Below are positions 9,112 through 19,217 of a stretch of 64,000 nucleotides of DNA, one piece after another. Within the stretch, counting starts at the first letter, position 1. Each line of letters starts with the position of its first letter. Both the position numbers and the translations under genes were made by a program. The notes beneath the pieces are model-generated. The model did no database searches and was not told where the DNA came from. It saw only the letters and a program-made list of their open reading frames with translations. Source of the stretch: Corallochytrium limacisporum Hawaii (taxonomy: Eukaryota > Protista > Pluriformea). Location: the NCBI GenBank assembly GCA_002811645.1, contig PDIP01000017.1, positions 186,001 to 250,000 on the forward strand, in the 5' to 3' direction.

Positions 9112-11394
9112 TCAAAGGCCTTTGCGCCAAGTCGGTACAGCACGCCTCGGTAAGGATGCATGGAAGCCAATTTGCTGATATGTGCCAGCCTCAGATAAGT
9201 CTGCAGCATTCTTGTTTTCGCTGGCCTTTGTTGCCTTCAATAAGCGAGATCGGTCGGCGGCAACAACCGGCTTAAGAGTTGCCGTGGCTGCCTTCAGGCG
9301 CTCTGCTTTCTCCCTTTCTGCTTGTAGCTTCATCTCCTTCGCCTCTCTTTGTTTCCTTGCCCTTTCAAGATCACGAGTGGCCAATCGCGCCAAGTCTTCG
9401 GCTGAAACATGTTTACGAGGTGTAGATCGTGCACTGGATACCCTTGAAGACGTCTCGTCTACAAGGCTCTGCTGGGATTCCCAAAAGCGCTTCAGTTCCG
9501 CCTTCTGTTGCTCACGACGCTTGCTTTTGATCATGCGCTCGTGTTTCTCCTGCTCTGTCTTAATCTTGGCGACTTCCTCGCGTGCCTCCTTCTCTTTCTG
9601 CTTTTTCAAGCGCCATGCTCGTAGTTTTGCCTTCTTCTCCTGGCGCTCGGCTTTCGACATGGAGTCTGGGGTCTTCTTCTTCAAATGGGCAGGAGTGGTG
9701 CCTCTCGGCGTGTCATCACTGTCTCCCACAACCCGGGCCTTTTCTGCTTCCCTTCTTTTTCGCCATTGGTGAATGGCCCCCTTCTTCTGATCTCGCAGAG
9801 CAAGGTATTCTGCATACCATTGTTCGTGTTGCATCACTTCATCATATGGACGACCCTGCATCTTCTTCACGACTTGGTCCGGGGACCAAGCATTGCTCAT
9901 AAGTGGCTTGCGAAACTTTAGAAAGAGCAGGTGGTCTCCTTCGTTCCATCCCCCGGTGTGTCCACCGTGCTCCAACAGGTAGTCCTCAAATTGGATTATC
10001 TCTGGAGGCAGTCCCTTGTGGCACAGCGATTTACTGGTGTTCCTAGCATGAGACTTAGCTTTGTTTGGTGGTTCCTGGAAGAGTCTTTCTGCTGCCGTAT
10101 CCCATTTGAGCATTTGCTGTTCAAACATGGCAAGATCTCCTTGAAGCCTGGACTCATTCTCCAGTAGCCCATCGTACGCCCTACGCTGGGTATGACGGAT
10201 GGCCATGACGCTCTTTTCGACTTCTTCTAGCAAGGTTCTTACCTTTCCTGGAATATCTTCATCGCCAGGCCTGACAGCACGCAGTAGTCTGAACACATCT
10301 TCCAATTTCTTCCTCGCGCTACCGAGTTCTCCTTTCAAACGCTTCTCCTCTTCGCCATACTCGAATATTGTACGTTCCCAGCGAAATTTCAAGCCTTCGG
10401 CGACATCGGTGGGAAGCATGCCGCGACGTGAAGTTCCATCACTTCCAAGTGTCCTATTCAGTTCCCGCTCGCAGTTTCGTATCTGAACCAAACCCAAACG
10501 AATCTTGTCCTTTAGGTTCTTTCGGTCTTGTCTCTTGAGTTTCTCTTCTTTGCTTTCTGCACATGCCTTTGTCGGGGCGGCCAATTTGGCCATCGCATGC
10601 GGTGATGGAGACCTTGGCTGCACAGCAGCTATGCGTCCAGGCGAGGAAGTTTTTGATCTTGATTGCGGACGATCAATTTCCTCTTCTGTGAAGTCTTTCG
10701 CGATGTACACCCGGTTCGGACTGGTGCTCTGATACGTGTCTGGTGTTGCAGGACTTCGCACTGGTGAAATGACTGTGGGACGGCCTATAGGAGTCGGACA
10801 ACCTGTGGAAGCACATGCCGATTTTGGTCGAATAGGACAACGCGGTACATCTATCTTCCTCGTCCGTGACCAGTCCACACTACGGCCTAACGATTTTGTA
10901 TCGGAACCACAGGATCCGCACGAGCCATCTAGCCGGCTTGGGCTGATAGCATGGACATCCGTAGGAAAACCTTGTGGTCGCGTCCCAGGTTGTACAGTTG
11001 ATGTGATTGCAGCGGGAGTTGGTCTGCCAGCTGCATGAGTACTGTTTGGTCTCTCGTAGTTCAAGAATGACGACAGCGCTGCGAGTGAGGATCCACTTGT
11101 TGCTGGCGAAGTTTTTTCATATTCCAGCTCTGTTCCGGTTCGACCTGACTCAATGCTGCGATTCAAAAGGTCCTCCAGGGCAAGATCAATGTTCAGTGTT
11201 CGGGACCTCGTCGGAACGACCATGAATGACTCGCTCAGCCCCGTGGAATTGTGCTCGTCTTGCGATGATCCGACTGTCCGTACCGGGTTTGGGCTCCGTC
11301 CTCCACACCTTAACAATTTTTCCAGTTCGTCTTCACCAGCTGGAGCTAGAGTAGTGTTTTGTGACTTCTGTCGAAGGGCGGCAAAATACGACAT
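9112..11394 (-). CDS. CCDC112: Coiled-coil protein CCDC112-like with a long low-complexity N-terminal extension
   Basis: LPPEIIQFEDYLLEHGGHTGGWNEGDHLLFLK, EVMQHEQWYAEYLAL...KKGAIHQWR, DRSRLLKATKA and C-terminal RRAVPTWRKGL match CCDC112. First ATG is at 11394; the track start at 11445 is TTG. Confidence 0.8.
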   Translation of the reverse strand: MSYFAALRQKSQNTTLAPAGEDELEKLLRCGGRSPNPVRTVGSSQDEHNSTGLSESFMVVPTRSRTLNIDLALEDLLNRSIESGRTGTELEYEKTSPATSGSSLAALSSFLNYERPNSTHAAGRPTPAAITSTVQPGTRPQGFPTDVHAISPSRLDGSCGSCGSDTKSLGRSVDWSRTRKIDVPRCPIRPKSACASTGCPTPIGRPTVISPVRSPATPDTYQSTSPNRVYIAKDFTEEEIDRPQSRSKTSSPGRIAAVQPRSPSPHAMAKLAAPTKACAESKEEKLKRQDRKNLKDKIRLGLVQIRNCERELNRTLGSDGTSRRGMLPTDVAEGLKFRWERTIFEYGEEEKRLKGELGSARKKLEDVFRLLRAVRPGDEDIPGKVRTLLEEVEKSVMAIRHTQRRAYDGLLENESRLQGDLAMFEQQMLKWDTAAERLFQEPPNKAKSHARNTSKSLCHKGLPPEIIQFEDYLLEHGGHTGGWNEGDHLLFLKFRKPLMSNAWSPDQVVKKMQGRPYDEVMQHEQWYAEYLALRDQKKGAIHQWRKRREAEKARVVGDSDDTPRGTTPAHLKKKTPDSMSKAERQEKKAKLRAWRLKKQKEKEAREEVAKIKTEQEKHERMIKSKRREQQKAELKRFWESQQSLVDETSSRVSSARSTPRKHVSAEDLARLATRDLERARKQREAKEMKLQAEREKAERLKAATATLKPVVAADRSRLLKATKASENKNAADLSEAGTYQQIGFHASLPRRAVPTWRKGL

Positions 11395-12123
11395 GTTCAC
11401 TGTGGTCCTGCGTTGCGAATCTACATGGTTGCAGTGCGTTTCCAAAAGCTCTAACTTTGCAGTCGCTCCATCGGCATATTTTCAGTGTTCGTGAGCACTC
11501 TAAGACTAGGATTTACAACCATCATACGGCCGCTCCGCTGAAATAGATCTCGATTTTGAGCCAGAAAGGGGGCCACCGAGAGTCTTGGTTGCCCTCTGCT
11601 CAGCGAGTGTCCTAATGCCCTCCCTCGTCGGTGCCGCAGCCACCAGGGCTGTAGTACTGTAGCACCGCCTTCGAGGTTCGCAATCCATCCTCACGGCCAC
11701 TCCACACACACTCTCTCTCCCGAGCTGGGTGGTGCGGAAACCGTCCCGACGGGACCCGACTGACGACACGGCAGCGCCAGCAGAGTGGCACCCACAATTG
11801 ATCAACCAAGCGCAGCCGAGGAGAAAACCCCCTGCGTCTGCTTCTTGGCTGGCAACCATTTTTTCCCCGCCAAGGCCAAAGGAGGGGAGGAGCTGTGTGC
11901 TTTGTGGAATGGGGAGAGAGGGCTGCTGCGCACAGTAATTTTGGGCGCGAAGGATTTGCAGCCATGAGCGGAGGGACCAGACTCTACAGAGAATCGGGAA
12001 ACCATAGAACGACATACAACCAAAAGGTACTCGAGGGTTGAGGCCCATGTAGATGCAACATGGATCAGTTTCACTTTGATAGTCTATTTATGCCCTTGCA
12101 CTGAGAGTGTACGGTTAACAACC

Positions 12124-12732
12124 ATGCCATCAGTAGAACCAATGCAAATTGATGAAGGTGACTTGGGGGCGGCGCCCTACTCTGTGCCACAGATCCCCAT
12201 GAAACCTATGCCAGATGTGGAGAGCCCGGAAGAGGAAGCTCTTTTAACTGAAGAGGATTTGAAAAAACGTGCGTGGGTGAAGCAGATGCGTCTGAAGTTC
12301 TCAGTGCGGCCGTTAAAAATGCCAGAGACTAAGTACATCTGTGACGAAGAAGGGCGACTAAACCTTGAATATTGGGTCTCCCGACACAAGAAGGAAGTTG
12401 CACGTAAGTGGACAGATAAGGAAAAGAACCTATTGATGAAGGGTATAAGGGAGTATGGTATTGGTAATTGGCCCCCGATCACCGAGCGCTATCTTGAATT
12501 GTGGTCGAGCAATGACCTTCGTGTGAAGACCATTCGTTTGATAGGACGCCAGAACCTTCAGCTGTACAAGGGATGGAAAGGCGACGAGAACATGATCGCA
12601 AAGGAGTACACGTACAACAAGGAAGTTGGAGAGCGATACAATTGCTGGAAAGGGGGTGTCCTGGTGACCGACGATGACGGCAAGGTGGAAGCAGCACTCC
12701 GCGCCAAGCCCTATGCATGCAGATCGCTTTAG
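12124..12732 (+). CDS. Myb/homeodomain-like HTH protein; resembles the p2 (AMTP2) subunit of the MTA1c/AMT1 N6-adenine DNA methyltransferase
   Basis: KWTDKEKNLLMKGIREYGIGNWPPI is a Myb-like HTH. Flanking WVKQMRLKFS...ICDEEGRLNLEYW and DLRVKTIRLIGRQNL..YKG match my recollection of ciliate p2. ATG at 12124. Confidence 0.7.
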   Translation: MPSVEPMQIDEGDLGAAPYSVPQIPMKPMPDVESPEEEALLTEEDLKKRAWVKQMRLKFSVRPLKMPETKYICDEEGRLNLEYWVSRHKKEVARKWTDKEKNLLMKGIREYGIGNWPPITERYLELWSSNDLRVKTIRLIGRQNLQLYKGWKGDENMIAKEYTYNKEVGERYNCWKGGVLVTDDDGKVEAALRAKPYACRSL

Positions 12733-12820
12733 CCCATCCAAAGAAAGACGCAGAAAACAAATAAAGCACACAGTGTATGATTATGCTACATGAATATGGC
12801 CTGACTATTATTCTAATTAC

Positions 12821-13258
12821 CTATGAAAGCTTGCGCATCATTGCGAAGTACCGTTTGTCAAGTTCAAGTTCCGAGAGGTTTCGAGCTTCACCCCTGAGAC
12901 ATGCCAGCAGGCCTCCGAAAGAAATGAAAATCTTCAGCTGCTGCCCCGAGTCATCGACAACCTGATAGCATTTTCCGTACATGACATAATCAAACTGGTC
13001 AGCTTTCGACGGCCGAGTATCTGTGGGATCGAACTCACCTTCCATAGGTTTACCGTCTTTCCTAAGCGTAGTCGTTAACGCGAAAACAAACTTATCGCCG
13101 ACCAGCAAAGGGTACAGCTGGGAGTTCAAGTCAATGATCAGCTCACACTCATAATTTTCTGACTGGCATGTGAAGCGTGACACACGCTCAAATTTCTTTC
13201 CGTCTTTGTCTACTTCCTGAACATCAAAGATGTCCTCGAAATTGTTGCGTGCTGCCAT
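12821..13258 (-). CDS. POLR2H: RNA polymerase I/II/III shared subunit RPB8 (RPABC3)
   Basis: FEDIFDVQEVDKDGKKFERVSR...DLNSQLYP...ADQFDYVMYGKCY...ISFGGLL.L.G; ATG at 13258. Confidence 0.97.
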   Translation of the reverse strand: MAARNNFEDIFDVQEVDKDGKKFERVSRFTCQSENYECELIIDLNSQLYPLLVGDKFVFALTTTLRKDGKPMEGEFDPTDTRPSKADQFDYVMYGKCYQVVDDSGQQLKIFISFGGLLACLRGEARNLSELELDKRYFAMMRKLS

Positions 13259-14401
13259 GGTTGTTCTGTGGTGCTTAAGCTCTGAAATTTTCTGAGGCAA
13301 ACTATTGCATGGTCCTTTCCTAAACTAATTTAGATCCTTAATAAAACCTGAAGCTTTACGAACGTGTTTGCTAGGTTCATGATCCTTTATGGCCCGAACA
13401 GCTCTCCTGCTTGAAATACCCAACCCCAATTCGAAAACACAATTCGCAAGTGGGTGGGCGGTATCTCTTGTGCAGCAGCACAATGGGCAGGCAATGTTTC
13501 CATCCGTTTCACCACCCCCCCTCTCCCCCATGTGTGCTGATAATCCCGATATTTAAAATGTAGGTATGTCTTAAAAGTCTGTTGATTCTGTATGTTATAG
13601 ATTATGCCTGATGCGACGGATCCGTCTGTTTCATGGATGCTAGAAAATAGTATTTTCAATATAGTATATCAATAAGTATATCAAATTTCCAACGGCGCGC
13701 CCTCCGTTCATGTTATATGAATGACCGGACGGATCTGTTGAACAGAGAGGTTAGCGCAATAACCCGGAACCCGCTGCGAGTATAGGAATTGGGGAGTTTT
13801 GGCGGTCAATTGTGTATGGCAGGCGCAAACAGGTATGGAATAATGCCCATACTCTCAACACTTTGCACAACAGTGAAATCACAAAAGGTCGTTGCTATCT
13901 CCCACTTTCCTTCCGTTAAAAAGAGAAAGTTGCAAATCCTGCGACGAAGTAGTCATAGACCCACTGTCTCACTCGCAGGCAAGCACGGCCTGGCAGGCAC
14001 TTGGGATAAGGCTTAATGACCGGGACGGATGTGGCGGAGCTGGGGTCTGAATAGGTTCAACCCACAAGAAAAGCACCCCTCCCAAACACGGCAGCGGCCA
14101 CCCTGCATAAGGCCAAACAGAAATCGCATAGACAGAAGAATCAAAAAAAAAATTATGGGTCCAACCGAAGCAGCAAGCGCCCCCAAAGCACTGCGCACAA
14201 CCCCCGTACCTGTCGTTCCTGTCCCTCCCTATATCGGTTGACTGATATATCTTGGGCCCGGGTAAACACTGTGGGCACATCCGTAAAAAGTGGGGGAAAG
14301 GGGTGGAGAGTGGGAAACGATGAAGGCGTAAAAGATAAAGGGTTTCCCGGGAGGGAAGGAAGTAGAAGACCAAAGAGGGAGAAAAAGGAAAGTGAAAAGC
14401 T

Positions 14402-14409
14402 TGTGTGTG

Positions 14410-14441
<32 letters not shown>
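14402..14441. repeat. (TG)n microsatellite
   Basis: tgtgtgtgagtt followed by about 14 TG units. Confidence 0.95.
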
Positions 14442-14442
<1 letters not shown>

Positions 14443-15438
14443 CACCGGAGTGGGCAACTCGGATTTCCCCCAGGGGCGTTTTCAAGGAATTTCGACTGAC
14501 GAAAGCGGAGTCGTGCTGCCGCAGCAGAGACTCTGGGTTCATTCGATTCCTCTCCTGGTTGCTCACGGCGGCTGTAAAGAGTGTCCCGGATCGAATCCTG
14601 GCACCAGAAATATATTCACTATGGAGCCGGACGCGTCATTCTCCCAGCTTTGCCTTACTTTCTGTCCACTCGGAATAGGATTGTATGCTCGTTTCAGTTC
14701 CTCCATTTTCCCTCATTGAAATCCTCGGTTGCCTTTGTTTGCGAGCCATCCGGGTTTCGATTGCCGTGAGCTTTGTGTGCTCGGGTGAGACTTGGTTACT
14801 ATACCGTTGAGGGTATTGCCTATTTCTTTTTCTTTTTAACACTTTTTCTTATTTTTGGTGACCATTGGAAGTGGGTTTAAGGGGCGTTCTCCTGCGGTAG
14901 CGGGGGCACCAGAAAACGTGAGCAGCGGTCTTTCCGCAAGTGGCTCCTCTCCCCCCTCCCCTTCCCTCCCTCCCCCTTTCGGGGCCCCAGTTGGATCTCA
15001 TTCTCCGACGCCGTTGGGCTAAACTGGCTGCACTACTGCTGCACTGCGCGGGCCCCCGGAAGGAGGAGGAAGAAGAGGGGAGGGGTCCGGGGAGACGGTG
15101 ACCGGGAAGGCACAGGACCTGGTGAAAACAATAAAGGGGCCGTGAATAAATGGACAAGAAACCGTGACTGTGCACGCCAATCATTTCAAATTTCGGTGAT
15201 AACGGTATCTACAGGAGGATCCCTGCAAATTAAATATAAATATTGTAGTTGGCTATTTCAATGAGATGTTGCTCAAAACAGACCTGGAGGACATGGGTTC
15301 TACGCAATTGATGTTGATAACCCCTTAATCGATTGAAGAGCGGACTGATTGCAGAATATAGGAAGTTATGCAGACCAAGTGAATTGAATCTGATCGCCGT
15401 GGTATACGGATTATTGACAAACACATACTTGAATAGTC

Positions 15439-17010
15439 ATGGTAAAGTTGTGGCAAAGCATATTGGCACTCTTCGTGCTGGCCACGAGTGTCTTTGCAGT
15501 CCCGGGCGAGGACACCACGCCATTTGCATATGTCAGCGCAATTGATTCAGAGAATTTCCTCCAGGCACGCGTGCTTGGGCAGTCCATTCGGGACTCTGAT
15601 ACAGAACAGGACATGGTGGCGCTCTGTTCCGAAGATGTGACGGCGGGTATGCGCAAAATTTTGACCAACGAAGGCTGGCAGGTACGTGACATGAAGATTC
15701 TTGCTTATGATTCAACGGGGTCACCAGGTGTGAATCTCAGAGATTTTCCGCGTGTGTACGCCTGGACCTTGACGGAGTATGAAAAAATTGTTTACCTTGA
15801 GCCAGGCATGCTGGTATATCAGAATCTTGATGATCTCTTCCGCTGTGAAGATTTCTGTGCCGCATTTGAGGACTCTGACCTGTTCTCGACGGATGTCATG
15901 GTTGTTCGCCCGTCCACACAGACCTTCAGGACAATGATTGCAGAAATAGCTGGCTCGAAGAAATATGCGGTTCAGAATGATATGATCATCATCAACCATC
16001 ACTATATTGATCTCAAGGAGATGGGCATGTTTGACAAGAACGGAGCACACGAACCCTGCAGCGAAAGGAACCGTGACGAGGGTAGTCTAGAATACTTGCA
16101 GTATTGCCGCTACCAGCGCCTGCCTGCAGGATACCATGCCAGTTCTAGCATTTACTATGCGAAGGGAAAGTGGATCATGCCGGAGTCTGAGCTTTTTGTT
16201 ATCAACTTTGACCTTGATTTTGCGCAGCCTTGGCATTGGGCAACATATGCCTTGTTTGACCTCAACTGGTTCTGGCTGGATTTTAGACGTCGTCTACCTA
16301 CACATGAGGCAGATCATCTCATCCAGTACACGGCAGAGGTTGAGAGCAGCATTTCTCCTTGGGGTATCATGCCCCTAGTCATTGCAATAATAGGCTTCAT
16401 TACTCGGGTGTTCTGGTGGCCGTACTGCCAGATCGTGTTCGAGGATCCCTACGTGACCAATGTTCTTCGGAGATACGTGAACCAACAGTCAGTGTGGTGG
16501 ACACACTACGGACTGCTGGCCTTCTTTGTGTCCTTTGTGTGGGCCTTTGAGCAAATTAGTCCAACGGCCTGGCCGTGGATTGCCTGGATTTATCTTATTC
16601 TCTGGATGAGTCTCATTTTTGGCACAATAACTGTATTTATGTGCCGCCATGCTTATGTTCTGGGTGGCTACAGTCGCATTGAAGGATCCGTAACTAAGCT
16701 CGAAGTGGAGTTCCTGCACTCTCGGGCCATCCTCGAGTCGGTGGTGTGGGCCCTGGCCTGGATCTTGATGTTCTATACTAGCATCTTCATTCCCTACAAC
16801 ATAGCCAGATTCTGGACGAGAGTTCAGGCATTTGCATGTCTCTTAGTATTCTACATGGCACTTATCCACACTGGTAGCCGCCGCCTGCTCACCATCTGGT
16901 TCCAGCAGGGTATGCAGAGTTATACAAGCGTACCTCGCACCCGAGGAGATGGCGTAGTCCGCGGTGGTCGGGAAATTTACCACCACGGAAATCTTCATCG
17001 CCGGAGCTAG
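15439..17010 (+). CDS. GT8 glycosyltransferase, IPUT1/PGSIP6-like, with signal peptide and C-terminal multi-TM region; catalytic motifs degenerate
   Basis: Signal peptide; ARVLGQSIRDSDTEQDMVAL and TEYEKIVYL...QNLDDLFRCEDFCA..VMVVRPS align with plant IPUT1; about 5 hydrophobic helices follow. The DxD position reads EPG. Confidence 0.72.
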   Translation: MVKLWQSILALFVLATSVFAVPGEDTTPFAYVSAIDSENFLQARVLGQSIRDSDTEQDMVALCSEDVTAGMRKILTNEGWQVRDMKILAYDSTGSPGVNLRDFPRVYAWTLTEYEKIVYLEPGMLVYQNLDDLFRCEDFCAAFEDSDLFSTDVMVVRPSTQTFRTMIAEIAGSKKYAVQNDMIIINHHYIDLKEMGMFDKNGAHEPCSERNRDEGSLEYLQYCRYQRLPAGYHASSSIYYAKGKWIMPESELFVINFDLDFAQPWHWATYALFDLNWFWLDFRRRLPTHEADHLIQYTAEVESSISPWGIMPLVIAIIGFITRVFWWPYCQIVFEDPYVTNVLRRYVNQQSVWWTHYGLLAFFVSFVWAFEQISPTAWPWIAWIYLILWMSLIFGTITVFMCRHAYVLGGYSRIEGSVTKLEVEFLHSRAILESVVWALAWILMFYTSIFIPYNIARFWTRVQAFACLLVFYMALIHTGSRRLLTIWFQQGMQSYTSVPRTRGDGVVRGGREIYHHGNLHRRS

Positions 17011-17192
17011 AAAACTGCGCCATGCTGGCCGTAGCGCAAGTAAGGGGAGTTCTTCCTGCATCCATATAATAGAAGCCACGGATTTTCTTTTGTAATTGAG
17101 ACCTCGGCGAGTACTTTGAAATTTGATTTATTTGATATTGTGTAGTGCCCTCTGAGCATGATCTCCCATGGGAATGTGAGCTTTGGTCTGTG

Positions 17193-19217
17193 TTAACGTC
17201 GGCCGATGCAATTGTCCTTCTCCCAGTGGTGGCCTCCCATCAGTCCATGGGCACTGAAACTAGGGCCACCATGGTAGACCATCTGAACATTGTGACGGGC
17301 ATCTGATAGCGGACGACGATTTGGAGAGCCGGCGAGCTGACTTGTGGTCTTCAGAGCGGCAGCAGTCTTGGCCTTTCGAGCAGGAGACTTGCGCGTGGGA
17401 GTCTTGGCCTTCCGCGATGGTGACTTCCGCGTCGGGGTCTTAGGCCTGCGCTTCACGGATTCATAGCCGTCTTCGCTCTGTCCTTGTGACGCCTGAGAGG
17501 AATACTGTTGCGAAACCTGAGAGTTCTGCATGGCAACCAGAACATCGGCCCCGGACTTGTCCTCTGCATCAACGTTTCCGCGGCAAAGGTCAAAGAAGCC
17601 ACCAGAGTCCTTACCAACCCAGCGGTAAGCAGGCTTCTTGGAGTGCTTATCTTTGGCGCGGTTGAGCTCAGGGACGTGCTCCTTAGAAATCAGCCCAAGG
17701 GACTGCAGAACATTGGCAATGTCATACAGACGGCGTACCTTGGTGCGCATCTTTCCTCCAGCCTTCTCTACAAGGTCTTCGTCACCAATAAGTAATGCAG
17801 TAGCAAAGTCCATAGAAATTACGGGCTGCTTGGAGGTAAGGAAAAGCTTCACAAATTTTTCACTCATCAAATGCAGAGAACGGTCACGGCGGTTCTCGTC
17901 ATCGGGACCACCCTTCCTCTGCCTTTCGATTTCGCGATTCCTGACGTACTCCAGGGCCTGCTTGGGAGGTAGAATGAATTCTTCCTCATCAGGATCACGG
18001 TTCTTGACATGCTCCAGAGCCTCAGGAAGACAGCTACGTCCAATCCACTTGTACCTTGACTTTGCCTGCTTCACAAGCATACCAATGGATTCGAGGACAT
18101 TGACGATATCATAGATCCGACGCCTGGGGACGTCCAGAGTGGCCGCAGTTTCATTGAGATCAATATTGTGTGGCCGTTCGGTACCGTACATGTTGAGAAA
18201 ACGGTTGCACAGAAGACCGAGGGACTTGTCCTTCCGGCTGTAACCCTTGGTTGTGGATTCGCTGGCAGTGACTGAGGGTTGCTCTTCGACAGCTTCCTTG
18301 ATGGCAGACAGTTTGGCCTTCTTTGCCCGCGGCTGCTTCGGAGGTTCAACACCTGCTGCCCGTGCTGCCTTCGCTTCAGCCCGAGCTACCCGGCGTTCAA
18401 CTTCCGAACTAAACGGCCCGTTCCTACTCCGTGCATAGCGAGACTCCTTTTTCTGCTTGCGGGACACGTCAAGGTACTCACTTTCAACGATCACCTGCTC
18501 CTCTCCCGAATCGTCTTCTTCAGGTTCTTGAAGCTTACGTTTGCTAGATTGAGATTTCTTTGCTGCCTTAGGAGTGCGAGTCTTCCTACCCTGCGGCCTT
18601 ACGTCCAATTCTGCTGCCTGAGAAAGGGCTCTCAATGCTGCGTTCGGGGTGTCTAGAATGAATGCTGTGCCATTCGGCGTTGTCTTCGGTTTCTTGTTTC
18701 CTTTCTTGGAAGTCGAAGGCTGTGGCGTCTCAAAGTCAGCAACAATCATGTTGGGAGGATCACTACGAGGCTCATCACCGTGCAGATGGGCATTGCCACT
18801 TAAAGCAGACGGTGCCGCGTGAGGGAAATGACTGTACGGAGGCAAGATTGCATCCATCCGTTCTGACCCTTCGTCTTCAAAGATGCCACTGGTATCAATT
18901 TGTCGTGACTCTTCATCGGTAGAAAGAAAGGGATCCTCTGCAGGGTCGTCATGGACCATATTCCCATGTTGGTTGTGGTGGGCTACGTACTGCTCCGGCG
19001 CGAAACCAGGGTACTTCAATTCCTTCACTTCGTGGAACCGAGGCGGCTCCGGGAGCTCCCGCTCCTGCCTTTCATTTAGCACTGTTGCACCATATGACAG
19101 TGGCTTGTAGGTAAGAAATTCCTTCTCCTCGCCACCAATGTGTGCTTTCCCCGGTGAAGGTCGGACACGGATGCCTCCACGCTTCGAGGGCGTGACTGTT
19201 ACTCCAGAGATTGGCAT
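17193..19217 (-). CDS. E2F7/8: Atypical E2F transcription factor (E2F7/8, DEL) with two DNA-binding domains
   Basis: DBD1 YSRKDKSLGLLCNRFL...RRRIYDIVNVLES; DBD2 RRDRSLHLMSEKFVKLF...TKVRRLYDIANVLQSLGLI...KPAYRWVG; no DP-dimerisation domain seen. Confidence 0.93.
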   Translation of the reverse strand: MPISGVTVTPSKRGGIRVRPSPGKAHIGGEEKEFLTYKPLSYGATVLNERQERELPEPPRFHEVKELKYPGFAPEQYVAHHNQHGNMVHDDPAEDPFLSTDEESRQIDTSGIFEDEGSERMDAILPPYSHFPHAAPSALSGNAHLHGDEPRSDPPNMIVADFETPQPSTSKKGNKKPKTTPNGTAFILDTPNAALRALSQAAELDVRPQGRKTRTPKAAKKSQSSKRKLQEPEEDDSGEEQVIVESEYLDVSRKQKKESRYARSRNGPFSSEVERRVARAEAKAARAAGVEPPKQPRAKKAKLSAIKEAVEEQPSVTASESTTKGYSRKDKSLGLLCNRFLNMYGTERPHNIDLNETAATLDVPRRRIYDIVNVLESIGMLVKQAKSRYKWIGRSCLPEALEHVKNRDPDEEEFILPPKQALEYVRNREIERQRKGGPDDENRRDRSLHLMSEKFVKLFLTSKQPVISMDFATALLIGDEDLVEKAGGKMRTKVRRLYDIANVLQSLGLISKEHVPELNRAKDKHSKKPAYRWVGKDSGGFFDLCRGNVDAEDKSGADVLVAMQNSQVSQQYSSQASQGQSEDGYESVKRRPKTPTRKSPSRKAKTPTRKSPARKAKTAAALKTTSQLAGSPNRRPLSDARHNVQMVYHGGPSFSAHGLMGGHHWEKDNCIGRR

